A stretch of 64,000 bases of DNA, from the NCBI RefSeq assembly GCF_006345805.1, contig NC_043000.1:32798001-32862000 (forward strand), given 5' to 3'. The stretch comes from Octopus sinensis (taxonomy: Eukaryota). Every line of letters begins with the position of its first letter. The first letter of the stretch is position 1. The position numbers were made by a program, and so were the translations under genes. A model generated the notes under the pieces. The model searched no databases. It was not told the origin of the DNA and was given only the letters and a program-made list of their open reading frames with translations. Below, one piece after another: positions 1 to 12,403 of the stretch.

Positions 1-144
1 TTTGCTTATGTCCCTCAGTACATCACTGTTAAAAATGTGTTTCCGTGTGTATATTCTTTTTACTTTTTGGCTCAGTAATTGGACTGCGGCCATACTGGGG
101 CACTGCCTTGAAGGTCATGCTCGTAATACTATTTGTAATACTAT

Positions 145-410
145 TATACCGAAGAGGTAACTTCGGTATAAGTACCGGTGTAAGAAAGTGTTGTTTTTTT
201 TTTATATATATATGGGGAGTTAGGGTTAGGGGTGGGAGAAAAGGGTTTCTATTATCTTCAAAAATGTAAACAAAGCCACTTCCGGTACTTATACCGAAGG
301 ATCGCCCTTGAAGTGTTTAGTCGAATAAATCGCCGGCGGAGGTAAAGAATACGCATACCACCCGTTTTCGGCATAACCCTAACCCTAAAACAAACCCTAG
401 ACCCTAAACG
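145..410. mobile_element. Palindromic MITE-like element containing TTAGGG-type repeats
   Basis: Perfect 18-bp inverted repeat CTTCGGTATAAGTACCGG at 161-178 and 282-299. Hairpin TATACCGAAG/CTTCGGTATA at 145-170. GTTAGGGTTAGGG near 220 and TAACCCTAACCCTAA near 375 lie in opposite orientation. Confidence 0.5.
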
Positions 411-1065
411 CCAGGTGTGCGTATTCCTTACCTTCGCCAAATATCCTCTCCTACTTCTTTTATAAGTTTAATACTTAGTCTATCGGTCTTTTTGCCGAAT
501 CGCTAAGTTACAGGGACGTAAGTAAACCAACACCAGGTGTCAAGCGGGGGAGGAGACAAACACAAAGACACGCACCCGCACGCACACACATACACACGTT
601 AAGTATATATAATCATTGTAAGTTTTCGTGCCTCATGCAACATAGATTACTGTTGCATCATAAATCTAAGCCAAATAAAAGATAAAGTTCACCATTTAAT
701 ACAACGTATTAAACTGTTTTGTAAATAGTATTACGAGCATGACCTTAGTTGCAATAACTAATGCAAACAAAAGGTCAAGCACCCAAACAGAGAAATTATA
801 TTATTTCAACATTTAAATTCAATCTTTTGTTGAAATGTTATTTTTTTTAAACTCGTGATTCAGGTTCTATAACTAAAATTCCGGGCACCCAGACTGAAAG
901 GGCCCAAAGTTATTAGTTCACCGGTCGTTTATTCAAAGGCCACTGTTTTTGTGTGTACACCGGTCTTTTCCGTCAGTTAAATATGTGAGCGTCGCCCTTA
1001 AGTGGAGCGAAGTTTGTTTTTTCTTTTATTTCTCGCCATTCAGCTATTTATTTTATTTATTTATC

Positions 1066-3075
1066 ATGAATATTATACCATTATTGTGCGGTCTTGTGAC
1101 TGTTATTATTATCATAATAGCATTCATTTATGATTTAACCGAACCAGGCACTTCTTCGACCCCTACCGAAGTCTATTACAGTGTCACCAAAGAGAACGGC
1201 AAAGCTTTAAAACAAGATGAGGATAACACTGTTTTGAACGGAGAACACGACAAACTATTCTGGTTTATTCAGGTAACTGATATGCATTTTAGTATATTCC
1301 GTGACTTAAAAAGAGGACCGGATTTAATACAATTTTGTCAATCCCAGATAAGTATCATTCGTCCAAAGTTTGTTATCGTTTCGGGTGACATTGTAGATGC
1401 GAAAACTGAAAATATGCTTGGTTCACAACAATATTTAGCTGAATGGAAAATTTACCAGCAAGTGACGGATGAATGTGCTCGAGTGGTGCAAGGACAATGG
1501 TTCGATATTCGAGGAAACCACGATGTTTTCGACGTGCCCCATGTTAATAGTTCAAATAACTATTTTAAACGCTACACAAGTCAAAAGAAGTTCAGCAACC
1601 AAACATCATACATGTTTGATTTCAATACCGGTTACGGTCGTTATACATTCATTGGTATAGATGCTTGCTTAGCACCCGGTCCGAGAAGGCCGTTTAATTT
1701 CTTTGGGCGGCTGAGAGAGCAGGATGTGAACCAACTGTTGGAATATACGCACAAAAGTCGCAATAGTAACCTAACGATATGGTTTAGTCATTATCCAACT
1801 TCTTTCATCATCTCCCCAGACTTACGTTCGGTAATGAAAAGAGGTATCGCTCACTTATCTGGACATCTACACACGCTAGGTGGACATGTTCCTAATATGT
1901 ACACACGCCAAAAGACCGGAATGCTGGAATTAGAATTAGGGGACTGGAAAGACAACCGAATGTTTCGCCTTCTCGCTATCGATCACGACCTTTTATCATT
2001 CACTGATGAAGTAATTAACACCTGGCCACTTGTTCTCATCACTAATCCGAAACATGCTCTGTTTTTGGCACCCAGGCACGAACCTTTATACAGGATTGCC
2101 ACGTCAACGCACATACGGATACTAGCATTTAGCCCCAGTCTCATCAAATATGTGAATGTCTCTATTGATAATATATTTCTTGGATCAGCAGAACCTGTAA
2201 AAGATGGTCTTTTTGTGTTACCCTGGCAACCGGCTTCTTATGCAAAAGGTTTACACAAAATATCGGTCTCAGTCGCAGACTCTCAGGGACATCAAAAGAC
2301 TGTCGAACAACCATTCTCTATTGACAACAGTCAGCCGAACTTCAGTTTTGTACCTAAGCTGTTGTTAATGATGAATCATTTTGTGGTCGGTAGAGTATTA
2401 TTTTGGAGCATTTTCTTACTTTGGCTGACTATATTAATTTTACTTCGAAACTGTTATAGAATCAGAAACTATCTTTTCATTTCGGACGTCCGTATTATTG
2501 ACTCGGTTTGCGGCTGGTGTAACTTTTGGATTATGTTGCTCTGGAAATTAACGCAAGTGGATAAATTATTTTATATTATTATCTTCATATGCATCTATAC
2601 TGGTATTGGGCCATGGTTTATTGGAGAATTCCTCGAAAATGAAATCGGTGCCATGTTTGTATGGGGCATCGTTGTTATGAAGTCTTATATACCCGGTAGT
2701 TTTACATACTTTTTCGGTATATTTCAGTTTATTACTTTCAACATACCACTAACATTTTATGTGAGTTATTACTTCGATAGAGTTAATTACAAATTCCAGT
2801 GTTGGAATCGTTCATGTCACAACCGACAGAATAACAGATTTTGGCTTCCTACATGGTGGTTAGCAATGATGGAGATTCCATTTATCTGTTTGTTTTTATT
2901 TCAATTCTACCTCGCCTTAACCGGTTTCCCCAAAGCCTATGGCATCATGGCATTTTACACATGTCCTGTACGAACATGGAGTGCGATATTTCTGGTTGGT
3001 ATAAATATTTATACATACCAATTAGCTTGCAGGGACCCTCCGGTGATGCGACGTTCACCAAGCCAAGATAGATAA
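1066..3075 (+). CDS. TMEM62: Transmembrane protein 62-like (calcineurin-like metallophosphoesterase domain plus C-terminal TM helices), single coding exon, 669 aa
   Basis: Uninterrupted ORF whose first ATG is at 1066, followed by a hydrophobic N-terminal anchor. Metallophosphoesterase motifs occur in order: TDMH, SGDIVD, RGNHD, FSHYP, SGHLH. TMEM62-type motifs include GPRRPFNFFG and LELELGDWKDNRMFRLLAIDHDLLSF. The C-terminal third has several hydrophobic segments. Confidence 0.92.
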   Translation: MNIIPLLCGLVTVIIIIIAFIYDLTEPGTSSTPTEVYYSVTKENGKALKQDEDNTVLNGEHDKLFWFIQVTDMHFSIFRDLKRGPDLIQFCQSQISIIRPKFVIVSGDIVDAKTENMLGSQQYLAEWKIYQQVTDECARVVQGQWFDIRGNHDVFDVPHVNSSNNYFKRYTSQKKFSNQTSYMFDFNTGYGRYTFIGIDACLAPGPRRPFNFFGRLREQDVNQLLEYTHKSRNSNLTIWFSHYPTSFIISPDLRSVMKRGIAHLSGHLHTLGGHVPNMYTRQKTGMLELELGDWKDNRMFRLLAIDHDLLSFTDEVINTWPLVLITNPKHALFLAPRHEPLYRIATSTHIRILAFSPSLIKYVNVSIDNIFLGSAEPVKDGLFVLPWQPASYAKGLHKISVSVADSQGHQKTVEQPFSIDNSQPNFSFVPKLLLMMNHFVVGRVLFWSIFLLWLTILILLRNCYRIRNYLFISDVRIIDSVCGWCNFWIMLLWKLTQVDKLFYIIIFICIYTGIGPWFIGEFLENEIGAMFVWGIVVMKSYIPGSFTYFFGIFQFITFNIPLTFYVSYYFDRVNYKFQCWNRSCHNRQNNRFWLPTWWLAMMEIPFICLFLFQFYLALTGFPKAYGIMAFYTCPVRTWSAIFLVGINIYTYQLACRDPPVMRRSPSQDR

Positions 3076-4423
3076 AAAAAAAAATGTTTTCGTATATGGT
3101 ATTATTTTAATTGTTATTATTATAAAGCTGTGTTCGTTTATTGATACGTTGCTATCAAAAGTTTTTAAGCTACTGCTTTGAAACTTGGTGCACTGGTTTC
3201 CACATCACTTCACAAAGGGTGTTTTGGCAATACGAGTGGTCTGAAAGAAAGAAATAAGGAAGTTTAGTCTCTTTCCTTCCTTGGCAATTCTACAGATGTT
3301 ACTAACATTGGCTCACGCTATTTGTACTGTATGTTTTTATTTTACTGTCTCAGTTCATCCAGTTTGTGTAAATTTGTCAATATTTCTTTCTGTAATTGGA
3401 GTTATTCACTCCAAGCTGCGACTCATCACCAAAATGGTAACGAATTTTATAGAATTTAAGTCTAATAAATGAAGGATGTTTAATATAGCCACAATGTAAG
3501 CCAGCAAAGTTACAAAGAGAAAATAATTGTAAAAAGAAAGACTGAATAGTGGCATGGGGATCTTGGAACCAGTTTGGGGACGTTCTATGTTGGTGTGAGG
3601 GAAGACATGTATCAGTGTGCGTATATATATATGTGTGTGTGTTTACAAACAAAGGGAGTAAGTACTCAATACACAAGTTGTGTGTTAATATTTGACATTA
3701 CTCTCTGTTACTAGAGTTTCTCTAGTATCACTGATCACAATACGGATTTCCAGTGATTAAGACCGGATATTTATAATATGGTGGACAGTCATTGAAATAA
3801 AGTATGCAACCCCCCTCCCCAGAAAAAAAAACCAAGAAAAGTATATATTATATATAAAATTAATGAATATAAATTAAAATATTCAAGTAAATTTTATTTT
3901 TAGATTTTTCTTTTGTATTCTGCAATACTGTGTATGTTGTGTTTATATGAAAGGGTGTGCAGGGCACTGGCATAATTTTCAACTGTTGTAGATCTTTGCT
4001 GGGAAAAGAAAATGAATTGAGTACATTCATACAGCCACACATAAGCACACATATCTTCTTCCTACTTTTCTCTTGGTTTGATCACCTTTCCCCCTTTCTT
4101 CTGAACTGCTTGTGAGTGCACCAATGATGCACAGACTGCTGAAACAGTCTGTTTACAGATATAAGTTGTTAAGTATTAAATAATTAACAATACATCATCA
4201 AACAGCAAACCACATTCCATTTTATTATCTCCCTTACACAAAACAAAGCAAACGAGCCGATCACAACTTTTTATGTTAATGTATACAAAAATACAACAAA
4301 AAGGGTGTGTTCCTCCTCTGGCAATCTTGTTCATAAATATGAAAGACGTCCAATTTTAAATTGATTTATTACATTCTTACAACACGACCAGCAAAGTGAA
4401 TGTTTGTTAAACCTTATCAGAGA

Positions 4424-4704
4424 AGTAAAGATTGCTTGCCAACATAACATAGCAGTCCTGGTTTAGGATGAATGTTGCTGTAATTTAGCCCCAGGAGACA
4501 TTGTCTCCAGCTGGCTGTACGACACGATCAGTGGGTGTCCTTATATTTTCAAACAAGGGAATCTAGCACCCCCACTCAGCTCAAAACAGTATCTCTGTAT
4601 CGAGATTTCTGGGTTATTTATATAAGGACACAGATCGTGTCGCACAGCCACAACATTTGTCCTAATCCAGGACTGCCATTTTATGTTGGCAAACAATCTT
4701 TACT
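4424..4704. mobile_element. MITE with about 55-bp terminal inverted repeats
   Basis: AGTAAAGATTGCTTGCCAACATAACATAGCAGTCCTGGTTTAGG at the left end matches the reverse complement of the right end with a few mismatches. Confidence 0.65.
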
Positions 4705-5544
4705 ACAAAATACTGTTGTTGAATATCTCACTTTGTGATATTTAAAAATGGTAATTTTCTCATCAGAGAAGTTATACATACATACACATGTGTGTATGTA
4801 CATAGCCAAGCTTATATTGAAATACATACATGTCAACAGCACACAAACTCATGCTCTTACACAAGACAACATTGATTATTATTTGTTGTTGTGTAGTCTG
4901 TAATTCACATAAGTCTTTGCCAATGTATAATACATTTGTCTTACCTGTATTATTTTTTATGGGTGTATATTACATTCACATGCATCTATCTATCTATCAA
5001 TGTGTGTTTGTATTTATATATGGTGCTGATATAATGTAAAAAGCACACAGCCCACTCTGTAATATGGAAGGGCATCCAACTCTAAAAACCACATCTAAAA
5101 GAGACAGTGGGGCTTGGTGCAGTCCTCTGGCTTGTCAGCTCTTGTCAAACTGTCCAACCCATGTCTGCATGGAAGGTGGACGCTAAATGATGATGATGAT
5201 ATATGTATGTATTTTGTTTTACACTAAGAAATTTCGATTCGAGTCAAATATAGCAAACTCTTACAGATTGTTAGAATATCCACATAAATGGAATTAAGAC
5301 TGGATAGTTCTTGAGTCATATTAGTTGTAATAAGGAAGTCAAACCAAATATTTTGAGATGGTTTAAAATATAGATTTCAGGCCTGCATAATATAGAATAG
5401 GAAACAAATCCATTATGTGAGACCTTCCTCAGTTAAAAAAAATATTTCAAAATATTTTGAAATATCTTACACGGACCTGAAACACATGTATTAAATGATT
5501 TCAAAAGATCTCTATTTTTGGTTTGACTCTATGATTATAATTTA

Positions 5545-5911
5545 CTAGCACTATTGCCCGGCAATGCTGGGTTAAACTGCTAGTGCATGCATATACAGCT
5601 GCGTGCGTGCACACATACACGTGAGTACTGTCCAAATCTCCGACCAATCACGTACAGCTAGCTGGTATTCAATTGGCGTATCAAGTTTCGGGCATTTTGA
5701 TTGGTTTTGGATAGAAAATTCACAAAAAAAGTCACTTCTATTGATTTTTTTAATGGCTTTGTGGGGTGACCGGGGAAATGTAAAGATGTGCACGACCACC
5801 CTTGGACGGTTTTGAATGACCATAGAAAGTGCGAGCCCTCTAACTGAAAAATTGTGGATTTGTATAAAGGACACACACAGACAGACATTTTGCCGTTTAT
5901 ATATATAGAGA
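5545..5911 (-). mobile_element. Non-autonomous Helitron-type element, copy 1
   Basis: On - it begins 5'-TC and ends CTAG-3' with a subterminal GC-rich hairpin, inserted between A and T. A highly similar copy lies at 60671-61033 in the opposite orientation. Confidence 0.75.
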
Positions 5912-6289
5912 TAACTTAATTGCGTGTGTGTGTGTTCAATTGAAGTCTGTTTTTCATGCTGGTGGGGTTTGGATGGTGAGCCAGGAAGCCAGAGGACTGC
6001 ACCTGACTTCTTCAGTGTCTACTTTGGCACACTCCTAATGCCAACCATCCAACAGATTGTCCTGGGTCCTTTTTATGTGGCACCAGCACCAGTGAAGTCA
6101 CCAAGTAACTTGCAAGACAAGAACCTCCTCAACAGAATGGTTGGCTTTATGCCAGGTGATAAGAGGGGTTCAGGCATGATAAAGCAACTAATTCGGTCGT
6201 CTTATATCAATGCCTGTTTTTACGTCAAGTTATTTTATAAAATCATTTCAATGTTAAACTGAAGGCTTCGTTATTTTTTTAGTTGAGAA

Positions 6290-6481
6290 CATTTTGTTTG
6301 TTTCAGTCATTTGACTGTGGCCATGCTGGAACACCACCTTTAGTTGAACAGATCAGCCTCAGGGCTTATTCTTTGTAAGCCTAGTACTTATTCTATCGAA
6401 CCACTAAGTTATGGGGACGTAAACACACCAGCATCAGTTGTCAAGCGATGGTGGGGGGACAAACAGACACACAAATATATA

Positions 6482-6517
<36 letters not shown>

Positions 6518-6712
6518 CATACATACATATATACATACATATATATATATATATATGATGGGCTTATTTCAGTTTCTGTCTACCAAATCCACTCACAAGG
6601 CTTTGGTCAGTCCAAGGCTATAGTAGAAGTTACTTGCCCAAGGTGCCATGCAGTGGGACTGAACCCAGAACCATGTGGTTGGTAAGCAAGCTACTTACCA
6701 CACAGTGACTTT
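6290..6712 (-). mobile_element. tRNA-derived SINE (family A, internal CA/TA microsatellite)
   Basis: Reverse complement of the 8904-9329 element, with the same head, central microsatellite and 3' GCTCCAGCATGGCC-like tail. Confidence 0.8.
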
Positions 6713-7549
6713 GAAGCCTTTAGCTTGCTCAGCACTGTCTCTCTCTTTCTCTCATTGTGTGTGTCTACTCCTCCCTGCTCGTATGGGCTGATGAATACAT
6801 TGGGGCAGAGTCTTCTTTTGGCTGGGTTCCCTACTACTTGCCAACATCCCTTTGTTTCCAAATGCGATAATCATTGAACATGTATGTGTCATGATTTAAA
6901 TGTTCATATTCCATTGCTGGCATGGGTTGGATGCGTTAAGCAAATTTTGTTGACCTCACAGGACTGCATTGAGCTTCAAATATCTGCTTTAGCCTGGTGT
7001 CTATGGCTTGATGCCCTCTCTAATGCCAACCACTTTGTAGTGCATGGTTTTCTTGTGGCATTAGTGCTAATGAGGTCACCAAATAGTTTGTAAGACAAGA
7101 CCACTTGACCAAGTAAGAGTGCAGTATTGAGAGAGGTAAGTTTGTCCCAGGTGTTGAGCAGCTACAGTATGATAGAGGGACAGGAGCAGGGGTCTTACTG
7201 TAGAGGAGATACACACCATACTCCCTGCTTGTGAAAAAGAAAAGATGGTGGAAATGAAGTGTGAAGGTATTCCTTTCCAGGGCAAAACACAATATATGTA
7301 ATAAGGAAAATACATTCCTCTACCCAATATCTTCCACTCTCCTTTCACACCCTCTCGAACTTACCTGCACACAATGTGTCCCCATGGAATCTTTTCCCTA
7401 CAACATACTCTTAATAGTCCCCTCTTTGTGTCCACTTACTGTATCCCCTCCCACCCATCCTATCTAATCCACTTTTATGTACCCTCTGCCGGTTACTTGA
7501 GTGTACAATCACCCCCACCCATCATATTTTCTCCCTCCCCGCATGCATA

Positions 7550-7888
7550 TGGTGTGTTATGAGAATTTATGGAAAAATATCCCAAAGAAACTCAACAAAC
7601 CTGTTAAAAATGGAGAAGAGAAGATGTTAAAATTATAACAGAAGACTTAATAATAACTAGTGCTGTATACTTCTTGCACTAAAGAGAACAGTGATATGTA
7701 ATTAATTTAAATTAATCTAATTAATTTTAATTATTCTACCATGTTATTTACATGTTAATATCACTGTTCGAAATGAGCATGTGCATGTATTAAAATTCTT
7801 TCAAATTTTAACATCTTCTCTTCTCCATTTTTAACTTATTTGTTGAGTTTCTTTGGGATACCTGTCCATAAATTCTCATAACACACCA
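7550..7888. mobile_element. Tc1/mariner-type MITE
   Basis: About 90-bp imperfect TIRs (TGGTGTGTTATGAGAATTTATGG...) flanked by TA on both sides. Confidence 0.75.
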
Positions 7889-8165
7889 TATACATATATA
7901 AAATTAAATGAGGGTAGAAATTGATATTAATCAATTAAAGCCTAGCATATTTAAAAAAAATCCGAAGATTAAAAATTTTTTTACATAAAAAATTTAGAGG
8001 ATTGACCACTAAAAGTGGACAACTTGTATGCTAGATATAGACGTCAAAATTGCCATTTTCCATGGATATACATATATTTATATATAAACAAATATAAGAG
8101 AGTGGTCTTAAATTAGTATCCAATTCTATCACCCTTATTAATTAATTATATTTATATATATATAT

Positions 8166-8456
8166 GGAGGCGCAATGGCCCAGTGGTTAGGGCAGCGGAC
8201 TCACTGTCATAGGATTGCAGTTTTGACCGGGCGTTGTGAGTGTTTATTGAGCGTAAACACCTAAAGCTCCACGAGGATCTGGCAGGGGGTAGTGGCAATC
8301 CCTGCTGTACTCTTCAGCCCACAACTTTCTCTTTCTTCTGTAGGCCTGCTTGCTTAGCCAGCGGGGTGGCGTCACTTGATGGCTAAAACAATGCGAAGCG
8401 CATTGTGACCAGCGATGTGTAGCAACATCTGATAGCCTGGTCGGTCACGGTGATCA
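8166..8456 (+). mobile_element. tRNA-derived SINE (family B head, alternative tail)
   Basis: A-box TGGCCCAGTGG at 8176-8186. Head and body are shared with the SINEs at 48496-48869 and 59140-59518, but the 3' half differs. Confidence 0.75.
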
Positions 8457-8903
8457 TGGTGATATAAATATATATAATGTTGAAAATGAAATAAGAAGTG
8501 GATAATACAAAGCGAATTGTATTTAGTGAAATGAGTGATGGAATTGAAGGTGTTTTGTAATAAATTTGATGACCTGAATTCTGTAAGATATTGATATAAA
8601 ATGGATTTTATAAAACACTTTGCTTGCTGTGTTTGGTGAAAGGCTTTTAGCCTGTCTGGTGCCAGAAGAAATGTCTGAAAAAGTACTGGGCTTTATGTTG
8701 ACATTTTCCCATCTTTTGCTACTGTAGAGATTAAGGGTTCAGGCCGTTGCTTGATTCTTGATATCGAAGTGACATTTTCAGTTCACCTTTAATTAACCTC
8801 AGTGTATTTTTATTGAAATATTTGTGACACTTTTGTGAATTTTGGGGAAAACTTATTTAATAAAACTAAGAAATTTGTGTGTGTGTAAATAATTGTCAAC
8901 ATA

Positions 8904-9067
8904 GGCGCAGGAGTGGCTGTGTGGTAAGTAGCTTGTTAACCAACCACATGGTTCGGGTTCAGTCCCACTGCGTGGCATCTTGGGCAAGTGTCTTCTGCTA
9001 TAGCCCCGGGCCGACCAATGCCTTGTGAGTGGATTTGGTAGACGGAAACTGAAAGAAGCCTGTCGTA

Positions 9068-9120
<53 letters not shown>

Positions 9121-9329
9121 GTGTGTGTCTGTGTTTGTCCCCCTAGCATTGCTTGACAACCGATGCTGGTGTGTTTACGTCCCCGTCACTTAGCGGTTCG
9201 GCAAAAGAGACCGATAGAATAAGTACTGGGCTTACAAAAAGAATAAGTCCCGGGGTCGAGTTGCTCAATTAAAGGTGGTGCTCCAGCATGGCCACAGTCA
9301 AATGACTGAAACAAGTAAAAAAAAAAAAA
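8904..9329 (+). mobile_element. tRNA-derived SINE (family A), full length
   Basis: Pol III A/B-box-like head (TGGCTGTGTGG...GGTTCAGTCCC), internal (TA)n/(TG)n and an A-rich tail. Related copies lie at about 6290, 16200-17010, 41170-41330 and 56790-57360. Confidence 0.85.
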
Positions 9330-10424
9330 TATTGATTTTTTTTTTTCATGCTTGCACTGGTCATTCGGTTTATTGAAGCAGATTTTCTACGGTTGGATGC
9401 TCATTTTGTTGCTAGCCTTCGCCTGTTTCTAAGGAAAGTAAATTTCCCCATGGACAGGCATTCTATTTATATCTATCATGTGAGAGTTGTAAATGATACT
9501 AATTTGTGACTATCACATGACATCTAGTTAAGGAGACACACACACACAGTGCCTACACGGTCATTAACTATTTCTGAAATGTTTCCCTGTCAAGAATAGT
9601 GTTGTTTGAATTACATCAAAGTTTAGAAACATTTTAAAGTTTTTGATTATTAAAAACATGTCAATTTGTGCAAGGTAGACTTAGCCAAAGGATGAGAAAA
9701 CTGATTTAAATCTGCCGCAGGGATTCACCACATCACTCCATATGAGCCACAAGTTGTTAATATTTACCACAATGATGGATCCTTTTAAAATAATCCTTTA
9801 GAATAACACACTTTCAGTATGATCCTTTAGAATATTACACGAGAGAACGTGAGTGACAAAGTGTCACTTTGTTACTTATCTCATTATTTCTAGACAAACC
9901 AAAAGATTAAAGAGTTAGCACTGAAAGTCATATAATGTGTGTGAGAGAGACTACATCTCTTCTTTTCCTTCAGCCACCCATATTTCTTCCATCTCTCCTT
10001 TATTGATATTTACTATCAACCACACTTCCACCCTTGTTTCATTTATTACATTCACCTCTACCCTCTCGCCATCTCTAATCACCTGTTATTCTCGTCTCAC
10101 ACTCTAATGAACTTACCCACCCACCCACCCCTTCTGATTCTCCATGTGCATTCTCTCTTACATTCATCTTCTTTTATCCTGAAAGTTCTCTCTGACACAT
10201 CATCATCATCATCATCACCATTATTGTCTTCTTTCCAGCTTTAGCCGTACACCTATTTACATAATGTGGGGTAGCCATGTATCTCCTCTGTAGCATCACA
10301 CCTGTACCTGCCCCCATTCCCATCCACGCCTGACACAAAGCCACCGTCCTTCACAGCTGACCAATTGAGAAGTCTTTTCCTTGGTCTTGTGAGTTACTTG
10401 GTGGCTTCACTAGTACAAATATAT

Positions 10425-10695
10425 GGGAAACTACTACCTGTATCATCTCTTGTGAAAGGTAGAAGAGTCCAGTTTGCTGGACATTGTTGTAGAGCTGAAA
10501 ACGAGGTAATTTCTACTCTTCTCTGGAAGCCATCTGCTCGCGATACCAGAGGGCGCACACTCTCCTACCCTGATATAATCGCCAGGGATACAGGCATCTA
10601 GCAACAGGACCTTCGTAATGCTATGATGGACCATGAAGTGTGGCGTAACATAGTAAATTCCATTGTCTCAACCACGGTCGAACAGTGATGATGAA
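10425..10695 (+). mobile_element. RTE-clade LINE 3' fragment (second RTE family)
   Basis: Translates as ...LLWKPSARDTRGRTLSYPDIIARDTG...AMMDHEVWRNIVN, followed by a (TGA)n tail. Similar copies lie at 29945-30112 (+) and 43150-43278 (-). Confidence 0.7.
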
Positions 10696-11059
10696 TGCCA
10701 CTGTCATGAAAAAACTGCACCCAGTCCACTCTGCAAAGTGGATGGCACTAGTAAGGGCAGCCAGCCATAGAAGCCATACTAAAGTAGGCATTGGTGCTTG
10801 ATGCAGTCCTCTCGCTTATAAAGTCAAAAGCAGAAAACTTACAAGGTATTTGGGTGTTTTGGGAGGAAAATTTGGTAATCCTTCCCAGCAATGGATTAAA
10901 GGATTAGACAATCATTTGTCTAAATGATTAGACAATCTGCCTGTGACCTGACTATCTAGCTTGCAATTTTGACAACCACCCCACTGGGAGAGCAAGCATG
11001 TCAGACAGTGTGGACACTTTTTGATTGTTTTTTGAACAAGCTTTTTTTTATTTTAATAC

Positions 11060-11440
11060 TGTTTCAGTCCATTGCTTTGTTGTGCTGGTGGCATGTAAAA
11101 GCACCAACCGATCGTGACCATTGCCAGCCTGCCCTGGCACCTGTGCCGGTGGCACTTAAAAAGCACCATCCGTATGTGGCCAATGCCAGCGCCGCCTTGA
11201 CTGGCTTCCGTGCTGGTGGCATGTAAAAAGCACCAACCGATCGTGGCCGTTGCCAGCCTCACCTGGCACGTAAAAAGCACCCACTACACTCACAGAGTGG
11301 TTGGCGTTAGGAAGGGCATCCAGCTGTAGAAACACTGCCAGATCAGACTGGAGCCTGGTGCAGCCATCTGGTTCGCCAGTCCTCAGTCAAAATCGTCCAA
11401 CCCATGCTAGCATGGAAAACGGACGTTAAACGATGATGAT
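11060..11440 (+). mobile_element. 5'-truncated RTE LINE 3' UTR copy
   Basis: About 60-bp repeat units followed by the conserved GGAAGGGCATCCAGCTGTAGAAA...GGACGTTAAACGATGATGAT tail, which recurs many times in the window. Confidence 0.8.
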
Positions 11441-12403
11441 TTCCATGGGAGAAATGTAATATGATAGAAAACATATTATTGATAGAGATCAATATAGTGA
11501 TACATTGATCTGTTAGGTCATATGTAACATCTGATGGCCTTGTTCCCCGTGTTATCCATCAAGTTTTCTTGATACATTATGGCTGTATTGGTGTTCCATA
11601 TATTCCTCTGAAGTTCAACTTCTCCCACCGTGGAAGTTGACTTGGTACCTATTAACAGCAAGGTGAACTGAGCCATATGAGAATTAAGTGTTTTAACCAC
11701 TGTTACAACACATTGGTCATAACGGATTGGGAATCAGCGATCTTCTGCCTACCTGGCTATCTGCTATCTCAGCCCTAACCCCAATCACATTATGTGAATA
11801 GATTTACTTGTTCACAAAAAAGGAACCTGTCTATGGTTGAGGAAATTGACTTCAACCCCCCCACCCTCGAATTGCTGGTGCCAAAATTTGGACCAATTAT
11901 TACAGGTGGTGGGTTGGCAGAATTGTCTGACTGTCAGATGAACTGCCTTGCTGTGTGTTTAGTAATGACTGTTTACATTCCAGGTTCAATTCCCCGTAAG
12001 ACTAACTTTACCTTTCATACTCTGGGGTTGATAAAATACTGTTCCTGTCATGTGGATGGGTTGGGGGAAGGAATGGTAATTTAATCAGTTGACATTGGGG
12101 TCTCCAGAGTTCTTCAGGCAACAGACCATGACTGAAGATCCTGAAAGAATATTCTAAAAAGGCAGTAAACTAGCAGAACCATTAATGCATTGGACAGAGG
12201 GCCCAGTGGCATTTCTTCCAACTTGTTATGTTCTAGGTTCAAATTTTGCAAAAGCCAACTTTGTCTTTTATCCTTTTGGGGTCTATACCGATAAAGAACC
12301 AGTGAAGTTGTCAGGTTGATGGTATCAACTAAACCCATCCCCACAAATTGCAGGCCTTATGCCAAAATTTGAAATCATCATTATTATTATTATTATTATT
12401 ATT

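Noticed and set aside
215-410. Interstitial telomere
   Set aside because: Only 2-3 TTAGGG-like units per side, embedded in a palindromic element.
949-1065. 39-aa N-terminal extension of TMEM62 in the ORF track
   Set aside because: It begins at GTG and is T-rich, UTR-like sequence. The ATG at 1066 directly precedes the hydrophobic anchor.
8166-8240. tRNA genes at SINE heads (also 8904, 55542, 59450-59518)
   Set aside because: The A/B boxes continue into SINE bodies and tails, some copies have TSDs, and I could not fold a complete cloverleaf.
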